64,000 nt of DNA from Owenweeksia sp. (GCA_965214115.1 CBDCAU010000008.1:156347-220346), one strand, 5' to 3'. Positions 21,205-30,520 are shown, numbered from the stretch's first letter. The notes: a model not told the origin generated them from the sequence alone. Numbers and translations are program-made.

Positions 21205-21992
21205 TCGCGGTCTCTCAAAAACCCAAATCTTTCGCGCGAGGCGTGGATTTTTTGGTAATCCAGTTCCACGGTTTTGATGGCTTCTTCGCCATTTTCAAAA
21301 TGCAAAACCGAATTGCCCAGTTCGTCGAACACCTCGGAATTTCCACTGTGGAGTACATTGTTCCCATCGCTTCCCACGCGGTTGAGCCCAGCCACGGCGC
21401 ACATATTTTCGATGGCGCGCGCCTTTAGTAAAGCGCTCCAGGCGTCGGCGCGGCGCTCCGGCCAGTTGGCTACGAAAAGCTGCAAATCCGCTTCCTCCGT
21501 ATTCCGGCACCAAACGGGAAAACGCAAATCGTAGCAGACCAGCGGCATAATCCGCCAGCCGCGAAATTCCACGATAAGATGCTCTTGGCCAGCAGAATAT
21601 ACCTTTTCTTCGCCCGCCAAAGTGAACAAATGCTTTTTGTCATAAATGGAATAATCGCCGTGGGGATGTACAAAATAAAGGCGGTTGTAAAAGTTTCCGT
21701 TTTCCTTTATGATAACGCTGCCGCAAATCGCCGTGTCCCAGTTGGCGGCCCAAGTTTGCATCCATTGCAGGGTCTCGCCTTCGGGGTCGTCCCACAGCGG
21801 CATTTCCGCTTGGGCGGCGTCCTGTCCAGCGGGGTTCATCGTAAATCCGGTGGTGAACATTTCCGGCAAAAGGATCAGGTCGGCCTTTTCCGCTTTCGCG
21901 AAAAGCGCTTCGAACTTGGCAAAATTGGCCGCCTTGTTTTCCCACGCCAAATCCGCTTGGGCCAAGGCGATGTTCAGGTTTTGTCTTTCCAT
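21186..21992 (-). CDS. Carbon-nitrogen hydrolase / omega-amidase (YafV-like)
   Basis: LPEMFTTGF, YDKKHLF, VCYDLRFP catalytic triad motifs. Confidence 0.92.
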   Translation of the reverse strand: MERQNLNIALAQADLAWENKAANFAKFEALFAKAEKADLILLPEMFTTGFTMNPAGQDAAQAEMPLWDDPEGETLQWMQTWAANWDTAICGSVIIKENGNFYNRLYFVHPHGDYSIYDKKHLFTLAGEEKVYSAGQEHLIVEFRGWRIMPLVCYDLRFPVWCRNTEEADLQLFVANWPERRADAWSALLKARAIENMCAVAGLNRVGSDGNNVLHSGNSEVFDELGNSVLHFENGEEAIKTVELDYQKIHASRERFGFLRDRDYFKLS

Positions 21993-22246
21993 AATTTTTT
22001 AAAAAAGAAAAAAAGGCGTCAGTGTTCGCGATTGAGAAATTTTTTTAAAAAAAACAAAACGATGAGCGGCGGCGACAAAACGGAATGGGGAAATTGTTTG
22101 GAAGTGGCGGGGAATCGGCAGGATGATGTTTAAAACCCATTTATCGCCGCGCCAAACCGACGGCGCGATACTATTTTCGCGCTCCCATTTTTAGGGGATT
22201 GAACCGTGGTTTGATTCCGCTTTGAAAACTCGCTTCCTTTATTGCA

Positions 22247-24130
22247 ATGAACTACCTCTCCGTCGAAAACATTTCCAAATCTTTCGGGCTGCGCACGCTC
22301 TTTAAGGATTTATCTTTTGGAATTGCGGAAGGCCAAAAAGTGGCACTGGTAGCGCAGAACGGCACGGGCAAAACTTCCATCTTGGAAATGCTGGCCGGCG
22401 AGGAGCAACCAGATTCGGGGCGCGTGGTTTTCCGTAAAGGAATGAAAGTGGGCTACCTGCCGCAAGACCCTGAAATGCAGATGGGTATTTCGATTTTGGA
22501 TAGTGTTTTAAATGTCGAAAACCCCGCCACGGAGGCCATCAAAAATTACGAAAAAGCCCTCGAAAATCCCGAAGAAACAGAAGCCTACCAACGCGCTTTC
22601 GATGCGATGGACCGGCACAACGCTTGGGATTTTGAAAGTCAGGTGAAACAGATTTTGGGGAAACTCGGCCTGCACGAAACTTCGCGGAAAACCGACAACC
22701 TGAGCGGTGGCCAAAAAAAGCGCGTGGCTCTTGCCAAAACCCTCATTTCCAAACCCGATTTGCTAATTCTCGACGAGCCCACCAACCACCTCGACGTGGA
22801 GATGATCGAGTGGCTGGAAGAATATCTCGCGCAGCCGGGCATCACGCTTTTTATGGTCACGCACGACCGTTGGTTTTTGGAAGTGGTTTGCGATAACATT
22901 CTCGAACTCGAAAACGAAAAACTCTACTCCCACGCGGGCAATTATTCCAAGTTTTTGGAACGCAAAAGCGAGCGCGAGGAAATAGAAGCCACCAACGTGG
23001 GCAAGGCCAAAAACCTGATGCGCAAGGAGTTGGAGTGGATTCGGCGGCAGCCCAAAGCGCGCGGCACGAAGAGCAAGGCGCGCGTCAGTGCCTTTGAAGA
23101 CGTAAAACGCGATGCCTCCCAAAAACTGGGGCGGGATGAACTGAAACTGGGCATCCGGATGGAGCGGCTGGGCAGCAAAATTTTGGAATTGCACCGCGTC
23201 CGCAAAAGCTACGGCGACTTGAAAATCGTGGACGGTTTTGATTATATTTTTAAACGAAAAGAACGCGCCGGCATCGTGGGGCCGAACGGGGTGGGGAAAT
23301 CCACTTTGCTGCGGATGATCACCGGAAGGGAAGAACCTGACGGCGGGAAAATCGTGAAGGGCGAAACGGTGAAATTCGGGTTTTACACCCAAAGCGGGAT
23401 GGCGCTGGACGAGGGCAAGCGCGTGATTGACGTGGTGAAAGAAATCGCCGAATACATCCCCGTGGGGCGCAAGGGCGGCGACATCACGGCGAGCCAATTG
23501 TTGGAGCGGTTTCTGTTTGAGGGCGACCAGCAATACACGTTCGTGAGCAAGCTGAGCGGCGGCGAAAAACGGCGGCTCTACCTCTGCACCATTTTGATGA
23601 GCAATCCCAACTTCCTCATCCTCGACGAGCCGACCAACGACTTGGACATCCTGACGCTCAATGTGTTGGAAGATTTTCTGTTGGAATTTGAAGGCTGCCT
23701 GTTGGTCGTCACCCACGACCGTTATTTTATGGACAAGCTCACCGACCACCTTTTTGTGATGGAAGGCGGCGGCCACATCCGCGACTTCCCCGGCAACTAT
23801 TCACAATGGCGCGCCAAAAAAGAAGCTGAGGAACAAACCGAAAAACTGCGCAAACAGAGCGCACCGGTTTCTAAAATTGCACAATCAAAAAAAGAAGAAA
23901 AACCTACCGAAAAAACCAAGCTGACCTACGCGGAGAAACTGGAAATGAAGGAAGTGGAAAAGGAATTGGAAGATTTGGAAAACCGCAAAACAGAAATCGC
24001 AGAGGAATTTGAAACGGCCGTTTCCGATGCGGAAAAACTGGAGGCGCTGTCGCGGGAAATGAAGGAACTGAACGAAAATTTGGAGGAAAAAGAAATGCGG
24101 TGGTTGGAGTTGAGTGAGGTAGAAAATTAA
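22247..24130 (+). CDS. ABC-F family ATPase (Uup/YfmR-like)
   Basis: Two ABC cassettes (NGTGKT and GPNGVGKS; LSGG; LILDEPTN), no TM segments, C-terminal coiled coil. Confidence 0.93.
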   Translation: MNYLSVENISKSFGLRTLFKDLSFGIAEGQKVALVAQNGTGKTSILEMLAGEEQPDSGRVVFRKGMKVGYLPQDPEMQMGISILDSVLNVENPATEAIKNYEKALENPEETEAYQRAFDAMDRHNAWDFESQVKQILGKLGLHETSRKTDNLSGGQKKRVALAKTLISKPDLLILDEPTNHLDVEMIEWLEEYLAQPGITLFMVTHDRWFLEVVCDNILELENEKLYSHAGNYSKFLERKSEREEIEATNVGKAKNLMRKELEWIRRQPKARGTKSKARVSAFEDVKRDASQKLGRDELKLGIRMERLGSKILELHRVRKSYGDLKIVDGFDYIFKRKERAGIVGPNGVGKSTLLRMITGREEPDGGKIVKGETVKFGFYTQSGMALDEGKRVIDVVKEIAEYIPVGRKGGDITASQLLERFLFEGDQQYTFVSKLSGGEKRRLYLCTILMSNPNFLILDEPTNDLDILTLNVLEDFLLEFEGCLLVVTHDRYFMDKLTDHLFVMEGGGHIRDFPGNYSQWRAKKEAEEQTEKLRKQSAPVSKIAQSKKEEKPTEKTKLTYAEKLEMKEVEKELEDLENRKTEIAEEFETAVSDAEKLEALSREMKELNENLEEKEMRWLELSEVEN

Positions 24131-24408
24131 GGGCGTTCTTGATTTTTGCGAAGACCGATGGCCGTTACCAAGTCTTTTTCTTCTTGAATTTTATATGTAA
24201 TACAATATCCTCGGAATGTCATATCTCGAATGTTTTCGTCATTGTAATAGCGGGATTTTCGATAGCGGAAAGGCATAAAATTCAAAGTGTGAATTTCGTC
24301 AATCACATCATTGAAAAATTTCCGCGACGCTTCTGGTTTGTCCCTTGCAATAAAATCTACTGTTTTTTGCAATATTTTGTCAAATCTTTTCGAAGTTCTA
24401 ACCTTCAT
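24127..24408 (-). CDS. RelE/ParE family toxin
   Basis: MKVRTSKRF..DFIARDKPEAS..MPFRYRKS..IRDMTFRGYCITY; 93 aa; start overlaps the upstream gene. Confidence 0.85.
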   Translation of the reverse strand: MKVRTSKRFDKILQKTVDFIARDKPEASRKFFNDVIDEIHTLNFMPFRYRKSRYYNDENIRDMTFRGYCITYKIQEEKDLVTAIGLRKNQERP

Positions 24409-24721
24409 ATTTTTTGACAATTTCTTCGCAAGATTTTCGCAACTCTTCCAAAGTGCTAAATTCAGCATCAGGGCGGTCTATATATTCTAAATCCTCCCTT
24501 AATTCATTCTGAAAATCAATAAATTTCTCTGATTCCTCCACACTATAAAACTTCGCGTTTGGAGACTTCATATATTCATAATCCTCGTGCAGTTGTTTTT
24601 TCGCAGCTTCAAATTCTTTTGGACTTTCAACCAAACGCGCCTCGTCATTATCAAATTGAGAGAGCCAATCTCCCAGTTTTTTATAGGCGTTTTCTTTTAA
24701 CTCTAAAGTGATTGTCTTCAT
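24398..24721 (-). CDS. Putative antitoxin with a duplicated C-terminal motif
   Basis: Acidic 107 aa protein overlapping the toxin start; internal repeat LHEDYEYMKSPNAKFYSVEE / LREDLEYIDRPDAEFSTLEE. Confidence 0.7.
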   Translation of the reverse strand: MKTITLELKENAYKKLGDWLSQFDNDEARLVESPKEFEAAKKQLHEDYEYMKSPNAKFYSVEESEKFIDFQNELREDLEYIDRPDAEFSTLEELRKSCEEIVKKYEG

Positions 24722-24773
24722 TTTTTAATTTTATAATAGCTCAATATGACGATAAATATTCAATAAAATGTCA

Positions 24774-25103
24774 TCAAATTGGGAAATTTTTATTTTCAAT
24801 TATAGCCTTCAACCGCTTTTTATAATTTCGGAATTCCGCCGTTTTTTTGAACTTTTCTTCCTCCAAAATTTTCAAATCCTCATTGTCGAATTTACCTAAT
24901 AGCAAATTGAATTCGTGCCAGCCGTTGTCACCAATTCCCAATTCAACGGTTTTCGAGAAGCCCTTCATATCCAAGTTCATTTTTGCGGCATCGAATGGCT
25001 CACCATTTTTCAATACTTGAATATCTTCTCCTTCAATTTCTGCCAATAGTCGCTGAAATTTTGGTTTTACAGAATCTCTGGGCAGCAAAGCGAGCGAGTA
25101 CAT
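24774..25103 (-). CDS. Hypothetical protein resembling the neighbouring antitoxin N-terminus, with an internal two-fold repeat
   Basis: FQRLLAEIEGEDIQVL / FNLLLGKFDNEDLKIL compared with WLSQFDNDEARLV. Confidence 0.55.
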   Translation of the reverse strand: MYSLALLPRDSVKPKFQRLLAEIEGEDIQVLKNGEPFDAAKMNLDMKGFSKTVELGIGDNGWHEFNLLLGKFDNEDLKILEEEKFKKTAEFRNYKKRLKAIIENKNFPI

Positions 25104-25197
25104 CTAATAAGTTTTTGATGATTTCAAAGATATTAAATGGTGCGAAGAGGTGGAAATTTATTCTCGAAAGAGCCGATTGCCAAACCAAACAAAACCG

Positions 25198-25205
25198 TAA
25201 ATTTG
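25198..25205 (+). promoter_or_regulatory. -7 promoter box of the tRNA gene (TAAATTTG)
   Basis: Exact TAnnTTTG match just upstream of the tRNA. Confidence 0.75.
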
Positions 25206-25221
25206 CCGACCCAAAAAAAAC

Positions 25222-25296
<75 letters not shown>

Positions 25297-25349
25297 AAAA
25301 ATCGTGATTGGTGATTCGTTAAATCTTTAATCAACTACGTTGAAAAAGT

Positions 25350-25374
25350 AGCCCCCACAGCGGGGCTTTTTTTT
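25350..25374 (+). terminator. Rho-independent terminator after the tRNA
   Basis: AGCCCC...GGGGCT stem followed by a T run. Confidence 0.8.
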
Positions 25375-25458
25375 GTGCTGAAATCAAAAAAAGGAGTTTC
25401 TTGCTAAATCGAAAAGAGGCCTTCCGGTCAATGGGGTTTATAAAGATTTTGAGAAACG

Positions 25459-25507
25459 AAAAAAGCCGCCCCCTTTTCCGAAAGAGGAAAAGCAATGGGC
25501 CGGCTTT
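25459..25507 (-). terminator. Probable minus-strand terminator
   Basis: Minus strand AAAGCCG...TTTTCC-..GGAAAA...CGGCTTTTT. Confidence 0.55.
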
Positions 25508-25756
25508 CTCAACACAACAACATCATTTACAGATAAATAGCGTTGAGCATCAGGTTCAAGTCTCGTTAAGCGGTTCGGGGTTTGTATTGGGCAACGGACT
25601 AAAAAATTGGTAAAATCTGGTCAAGCGATTCTCCTTTAATGCAGGCTTTTAAAAAAGGTAACCCATTATTTTTCAAAAATTTCAAAATATTTTTCCAACC
25701 TTGCCCACGGAAGCAAAATCAAGGGGGTTACCTTTTTATATAAAATACATACAAGC

Positions 25757-26314
25757 GTGGAAAACGAGCAAGACAACGCGCTCATCCAAAGGATAAAAAA
25801 CGGCGACGGGCGCGCGCTGGGCGAGTTTTACGAAAAGCACCGCGAGGAATTTGCGGGCTGGGCCTACAAGAAGTTCGGTATTCAAAACGAGGAGGCGATG
25901 GACGTTTATCAGGACACCATCCTCATCTTTAAGGAGAACATCGAATCGGAGAAGCTGAACGAATTGAAGAGCACGGCCAAGACTTACCTCTTCGCCATCG
26001 GGCGGAACAAGTGCTTGGAATGGCTGCGCGGCCAAGGCAAAACGGTGAGCAGCGAAAGCGCGCTTCACCCCGTGGTGGATGAAGGCGACGGCGATTTGGA
26101 AGAGAAGAAAGCGAAAGAAAAAATACTGGAGACGGTAGAAAAAAACCTGAAAGAACTGACGGAAAAGTGCCAGCGGATTTTGGAACTTTTTTACTACAAA
26201 GACTACTCGATGGAACAGATAGCGGAGGAAATGGATTACGACACCACCAACTCCGCCAAAACTCAAAAGCATAAGTGTATGAAGCGCCTGCGCCAATTGC
26301 ACCACTCAAATTGA
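25757..26314 (+). CDS. ECF-type RNA polymerase sigma factor
   Basis: Sigma2 region (DVYQDTILIF, TYLFAIGRNK) and sigma4 region (KCQRILELFYYKDYSMEQIAEEM); GTG start. Confidence 0.92.
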   Translation: MENEQDNALIQRIKNGDGRALGEFYEKHREEFAGWAYKKFGIQNEEAMDVYQDTILIFKENIESEKLNELKSTAKTYLFAIGRNKCLEWLRGQGKTVSSESALHPVVDEGDGDLEEKKAKEKILETVEKNLKELTEKCQRILELFYYKDYSMEQIAEEMDYDTTNSAKTQKHKCMKRLRQLHHSN

Positions 26315-26321
26315 CAACACA

Positions 26322-27065
26322 ATGGACGAGCAAATTATCATAGAAATAGAAAACTTGGTGGCGGGGCAGCTCCCGCCGGGGCGCGCGGCCGAATTGCGCG
26401 AGCGCATAAAGAACGAAGCGGAGCTGGCCAAGATTTACCAAACCGAGCTGGAACTGAAAGAAGGCATCATCCGAGCGGGGCGCCGCAAGGAAACCAAGGA
26501 ACACCTGCGCGAAGTGGAAGCCGGCCTGCCGCCTCTCCATTATGAAAAGGCCGAGCCGCAAAGCTCTGCCCGCAACTGGAAACCGCTGATGATTGCGGCC
26601 AGTTTGGTGTTGGTGTTTTCGCTTTATTTTGTAATGAACAACATTTTCGGCCCCAACCCCGAAAAACTTTATGAATCCTATTATGAGCCGTATTCCGCGT
26701 ATTCATCGGTAATAAAGCGCGGCTCGGAAGTTTCCCAAGAAAAATACGACCAAGCGATGGCGGCCTACGAAAGTGGCGATTTTGCCGATGCGGCCGAGCA
26801 GTTTTCAGGTTTGCCCGTGTCCACCCAGCGCAATTTCTACCTCGCGCAAAGCCATTTGGCTTCCGGCGATGCCGAGGCGGCGCTCCCGCTTTTTCTGAAG
26901 TTGGAAAAAGACCGATCGGCGCCGCGCAGCACGGTGCTTTGGTACTTGGCGATGGCGGAACTGAAACTGGATAAGGAAAAAGACGCGGAGGCGACCTTGC
27001 AAAAACTCGCCGAAATGAACAGCGGCTACCACTCGCGCGCGGAAGAAATTCTCGAAAAACTGTAA
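26322..27065 (+). CDS. Putative anti-sigma factor: cytoplasmic N-domain, one TM helix, periplasmic TPR repeats
   Basis: Directly follows the ECF gene; TM LMIAASLVLVFSLYFVM; TPR-like FYLAQSHL and WYLAMAELKL. Confidence 0.75.
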   Translation: MDEQIIIEIENLVAGQLPPGRAAELRERIKNEAELAKIYQTELELKEGIIRAGRRKETKEHLREVEAGLPPLHYEKAEPQSSARNWKPLMIAASLVLVFSLYFVMNNIFGPNPEKLYESYYEPYSAYSSVIKRGSEVSQEKYDQAMAAYESGDFADAAEQFSGLPVSTQRNFYLAQSHLASGDAEAALPLFLKLEKDRSAPRSTVLWYLAMAELKLDKEKDAEATLQKLAEMNSGYHSRAEEILEKL

Positions 27066-27118
27066 ACACGAGGAATCCCGTTCACGGGAAAATTTTTAAT
27101 AACTAAAATTCAATTAAA

Positions 27119-27268
27119 ATGTCAGAACAAGAACATAGAGACTCGACCCCTCCCACCGTAAAAAACAAAGGCATAAAACCGGGCGAAATCCGAGCCGCGA
27201 TAGTGGCAGGAATTATTACCGGCGCGGCGCTCACGGCAGATGCTATTCATTCTATCGCCACGGGATAA
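27119..27268 (+). CDS. Unannotated 49-aa peptide with a hydrophobic Gly/Ala-rich C-terminus
   Basis: MSEQEHRDSTPPTVKNKGIKPGEIRAAIVAGIITGAALTADAIHSIATG*; A-rich start context; below the ORF-track length cutoff. Confidence 0.5.
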   Translation: MSEQEHRDSTPPTVKNKGIKPGEIRAAIVAGIITGAALTADAIHSIATG

Positions 27269-30176
27269 CGCGCCGCAAGCCGAAAAAAAGAAGAACGGCC
27301 GCGCCCCCGCCCAGTAGCCACGGCCATACCGGGCGCGGCTGGCGATTTTGAACTGTCAGGGCGGGATCGCCGCCAATCTGCACGAAACCCGCCCAGTTGT
27401 TGGGGTGCGCGCCGTATTCGTCCGCATTTTCCAAATAATGCAATTTTGCATCGGCCAAGGCGCTGGACACGGGTTTTTCGGCGGATACCCCTTCGTAAAA
27501 ATCACTGAAGAATGCGGCGCATTTTTGATCGCTGACGCGCCACAGGCTGGCCACCGTGGTGGGTACGCCCATATAGGCAAACCCGCGCCCGATGCTGAAG
27601 ATGCCCTGCCCGCGCAGCGCCTCGCCATAGCCGCTTTTACAAGCGCTCAAAACCACCAATTTCGCTTGGCTTTGCAGTCGGTACATTTCGTGCATATACA
27701 GCAACTCGGCTTCATTTTTTTGCTCGTTTTGTGATGGAAAAACCAGCCCTGATTCGTAGGGATTGAACGTATTGTAAACATTGTGAAATGCAACGTGTAC
27801 GACTTGGGCATTTTGTAAGGCTTCCGAAAACTGAGGCTTGGTGGCCGCGTGCCCTGAATATCCCCGAAAATCGCCCCGCCAAAGTTTCTGGATGGCATCC
27901 ACTTCCTTTTGAGAGTGGGGGAGGTGATTATCGGAATGGGCATCCCTGCCATAGGAAAACGCGCTCAGCGCACATTTTGCATCCATTTTTTTCAATATGG
28001 GCAGACTGGAAATAAACCAACTGGCGGAAAAAGCATAGCGCATTTTGGGGCCGCTGATCAAATAAACCAAGTTGCGGTAGTTCACCTCTGGGGTGGGCGA
28101 TTTTTCCACCACGAACGCCTCGAAAGGCACCTGCGCCAACCCACCATCGGGGATGATGATGCAATCTTTCCCTTTCGGTTTTACAATGGCCACCAAATTT
28201 TGATACAGCCAGTGCGCGCTGTTTTGAAATTCCATAAAATCCGCCGAGGCCGTGCCTTCTGAAAAACCTTGGGAAAGGTGGCGGGCAAAAATCCTCAAAT
28301 GCTTTTTTGCCGGTGCCGCGGGGATTTTGGCAAACTGCCAATTCCCATCGGAAACGGCAATGATAAATATAGCAGAATCACCTTCAAAGTAGGAAAGCAA
28401 GCTGGTTTCGCTCCCCAAAAAATCCTCCGTTTCTTGCCTTGAAACCACCTCTGCGTCGGGGGTTTGGGGCACGATTCCTTTCAATAGGATTTCCAGCGAA
28501 TCGTGGCGACGGTCTAAATCAAAAATGGCTTGGTTGGCCGCCGCGCGGGTTTCGTCTGTTGTCAAATTTTTTTGCTGGGAGGCGCGCGCGGACTCCACAT
28601 TTTGCAGTTCGTAAAAAAGTACGCTTGCCTCAGGGCTTTGGTCGCGCACTTGGCTTTCCGCCAAGGCCTCCATCAGGTTGGCGGCCTTGCTGCACTCCAT
28701 AAAATACCAAGCCGCTTCCAGCGCTTTTTCTCGGTATTCATCATAACGGTACAGGCCGTGGGCGGCTTTTAGGGCACTTACAAATACTTTGAAGTTGAGG
28801 TCGGAATGAAGGAACTTGCCCGGTTCGCCATCCACTTTTTGGCGTTCCAAGGTTTTTAATTTTTCTAATTCCTGAAAATCCTTCAAAGCCCGCAGCAGGT
28901 GGCCCGGGCTGTTTTCCTGCGTTCCAATATCGGTCAGCAAGCTGGCGCGTTCGGCCAAGGTGTTAATGGTATAAAACCGGCCTTTGGATTTTTTGAAAGA
29001 AGGATGTAGCGCCTCGTTGAAATAATACAAGGCTGAATCTTTTTTATCGACGTTTTTGTGCCAAATCCCCATACAATAGAGGCTGCGCTGGTGGTTTAAA
29101 TCGCCCTCTTCAGGAAAAAGCCGCCGCGAGAGCGCCAGCATTTTTCGCATATTGGCATACCCCGCTTGGTTTTGCTGTGCCAATCCCAGCTGAATATACG
29201 ATTCCCAAATACCCGAAGAATCTTGCTGGGGGGCGGCTGCTTCCAGCGCTTGGCCTTTTTTTAGATAATAAAGTGCCGAATCATTGTCTTGCCCCATCAA
29301 GGCATTGGCCAAGTTATAGTAGGAATTGGCAATCAGGTCAGCGGGGTCGCCCGCCGCGATGCGAGAGCGCAGCGATTGTTTGAAATAATATTCCGCCGTT
29401 TCGTAGCGGTCTTGGTCATAAAACAAAGAACCCAGACCATTCAAGCAATAGCCCTCGAAATTGTGGGGAGAGTCTTCCATCCGGCCGCTGCTTTCCAATA
29501 CTTTTTCAAAAAAAACCTGGGCCTTTTCTACATCGCCCAGTTGCCGGTATACTGCACCCAAATTAAAATATTCGACCAGCAATTCAGCGGAGAGTTTGCC
29601 GTTGCTTTCACGCAGCGTGGCGGCCTGCAGATAATGCGGCTCCGCGGCCGAAACGTTGGAAAGCTCGTCTCGGTAAACGTAGCCCACGAAAGAGTGGCTG
29701 TTGGCCAAATCCTCCCAGTCTTGTGGACGCAGGCCCTCGCGGATTTCCAAGGCTTTTTTATGAAATGAAAGAGCTTGTGGCGCCTGTCCCAAAAGCACCG
29801 CGCTCGTGCCCCTGTAATAGAGTCCATCGGCGCGCAGCTTTTGCGCCACCGGAGAAAGTTGGCTGGGCAAGGAATCCAAGAAAACCAGCGATTGGCTGGC
29901 CTCTTGGGTCTTGCCCAGCTCCACAAAGGCTTGGGCTTTTGCCACCGCCCACAAAAGTTTGGTCTCAAGGGTTTTGGCCTGTTCCGCTTGCGATTCCGCC
30001 AAGGCCAAGGCCGATGAAAAATCACCCTTTTCCAAAAGCGAATCAACGTGCCGCCACGCAGGGGATTGCAGCTTTTTTTCGGCCGTCCGCCAGTTTTGGC
30101 CTTGCATTTCTAAAGTAGAAATCACAAAAACCAAAAGCGAAAAAAGAATCTTGAAAACGGCCCACTCCTTCTTCAT
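27252..30176 (-). CDS. TPR-CHAT domain caspase-like protease with signal peptide and C-terminal membrane anchor
   Basis: TPR repeats; IIIPDGGLAQVPFEAF; HVAFH (His); LVVLSACKSG (Cys); SLWRVSD; P..WAGF; terminal hydrophobic helix. Confidence 0.9.
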   Translation of the reverse strand: MKKEWAVFKILFSLLVFVISTLEMQGQNWRTAEKKLQSPAWRHVDSLLEKGDFSSALALAESQAEQAKTLETKLLWAVAKAQAFVELGKTQEASQSLVFLDSLPSQLSPVAQKLRADGLYYRGTSAVLLGQAPQALSFHKKALEIREGLRPQDWEDLANSHSFVGYVYRDELSNVSAAEPHYLQAATLRESNGKLSAELLVEYFNLGAVYRQLGDVEKAQVFFEKVLESSGRMEDSPHNFEGYCLNGLGSLFYDQDRYETAEYYFKQSLRSRIAAGDPADLIANSYYNLANALMGQDNDSALYYLKKGQALEAAAPQQDSSGIWESYIQLGLAQQNQAGYANMRKMLALSRRLFPEEGDLNHQRSLYCMGIWHKNVDKKDSALYYFNEALHPSFKKSKGRFYTINTLAERASLLTDIGTQENSPGHLLRALKDFQELEKLKTLERQKVDGEPGKFLHSDLNFKVFVSALKAAHGLYRYDEYREKALEAAWYFMECSKAANLMEALAESQVRDQSPEASVLFYELQNVESARASQQKNLTTDETRAAANQAIFDLDRRHDSLEILLKGIVPQTPDAEVVSRQETEDFLGSETSLLSYFEGDSAIFIIAVSDGNWQFAKIPAAPAKKHLRIFARHLSQGFSEGTASADFMEFQNSAHWLYQNLVAIVKPKGKDCIIIPDGGLAQVPFEAFVVEKSPTPEVNYRNLVYLISGPKMRYAFSASWFISSLPILKKMDAKCALSAFSYGRDAHSDNHLPHSQKEVDAIQKLWRGDFRGYSGHAATKPQFSEALQNAQVVHVAFHNVYNTFNPYESGLVFPSQNEQKNEAELLYMHEMYRLQSQAKLVVLSACKSGYGEALRGQGIFSIGRGFAYMGVPTTVASLWRVSDQKCAAFFSDFYEGVSAEKPVSSALADAKLHYLENADEYGAHPNNWAGFVQIGGDPALTVQNRQPRPVWPWLLGGGAAVLLFFGLRRVIPWR

Positions 30177-30198
30177 TATGAAAGCACTTTCTAACGGT

Positions 30199-30396
30199 TC
30201 AAGTAGGCATTATACCTTTAAGTTTCACGTTCACGCTCCCGCCGCCCTTGTCCACGCGGGCGTAATAATTTTCGAGACCTTCCTCCTCATAATTCAGGTT
30301 CATCTCTTGGGCGCGCTCCTCTTCCGTCAGCGCGGCCAGTGCGTCATACAGTTCTTGAAAGGTGGTGCAGGTCTTGGGCCATTCTCCGTTTGCCAT
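30199..30396 (-). CDS. Unannotated 65-aa acidic protein upstream of the CHAT gene
   Basis: MANGEWPKTCTTFQELYDALAALTEEERAQEMNLNYEEEGLENYYARVDKGGGSVNVKLKGIMPT*; A-rich start context; TACATTTG box on the minus strand at 30435-30442. Confidence 0.65.
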   Translation of the reverse strand: MANGEWPKTCTTFQELYDALAALTEEERAQEMNLNYEEEGLENYYARVDKGGGSVNVKLKGIMPT

Positions 30397-30520
30397 TTTG
30401 TTTTGATTTTTAAGATGAATAAATTGTGAAGCACCAAATGTAAATTTTCGGTTTAACCCCACCAATTTTTTTAATGGAAACCTTTGGTTTGCCCTTTCTT
30501 TGCACCCCTTTTTACAGAAA

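Noticed and set aside
25131-25165. Possible relic of the ABC-F 3' end (KWCEEVEI vs RWLELSEVEN)
   Set aside because: Similarity is too short and gapped to distinguish from chance
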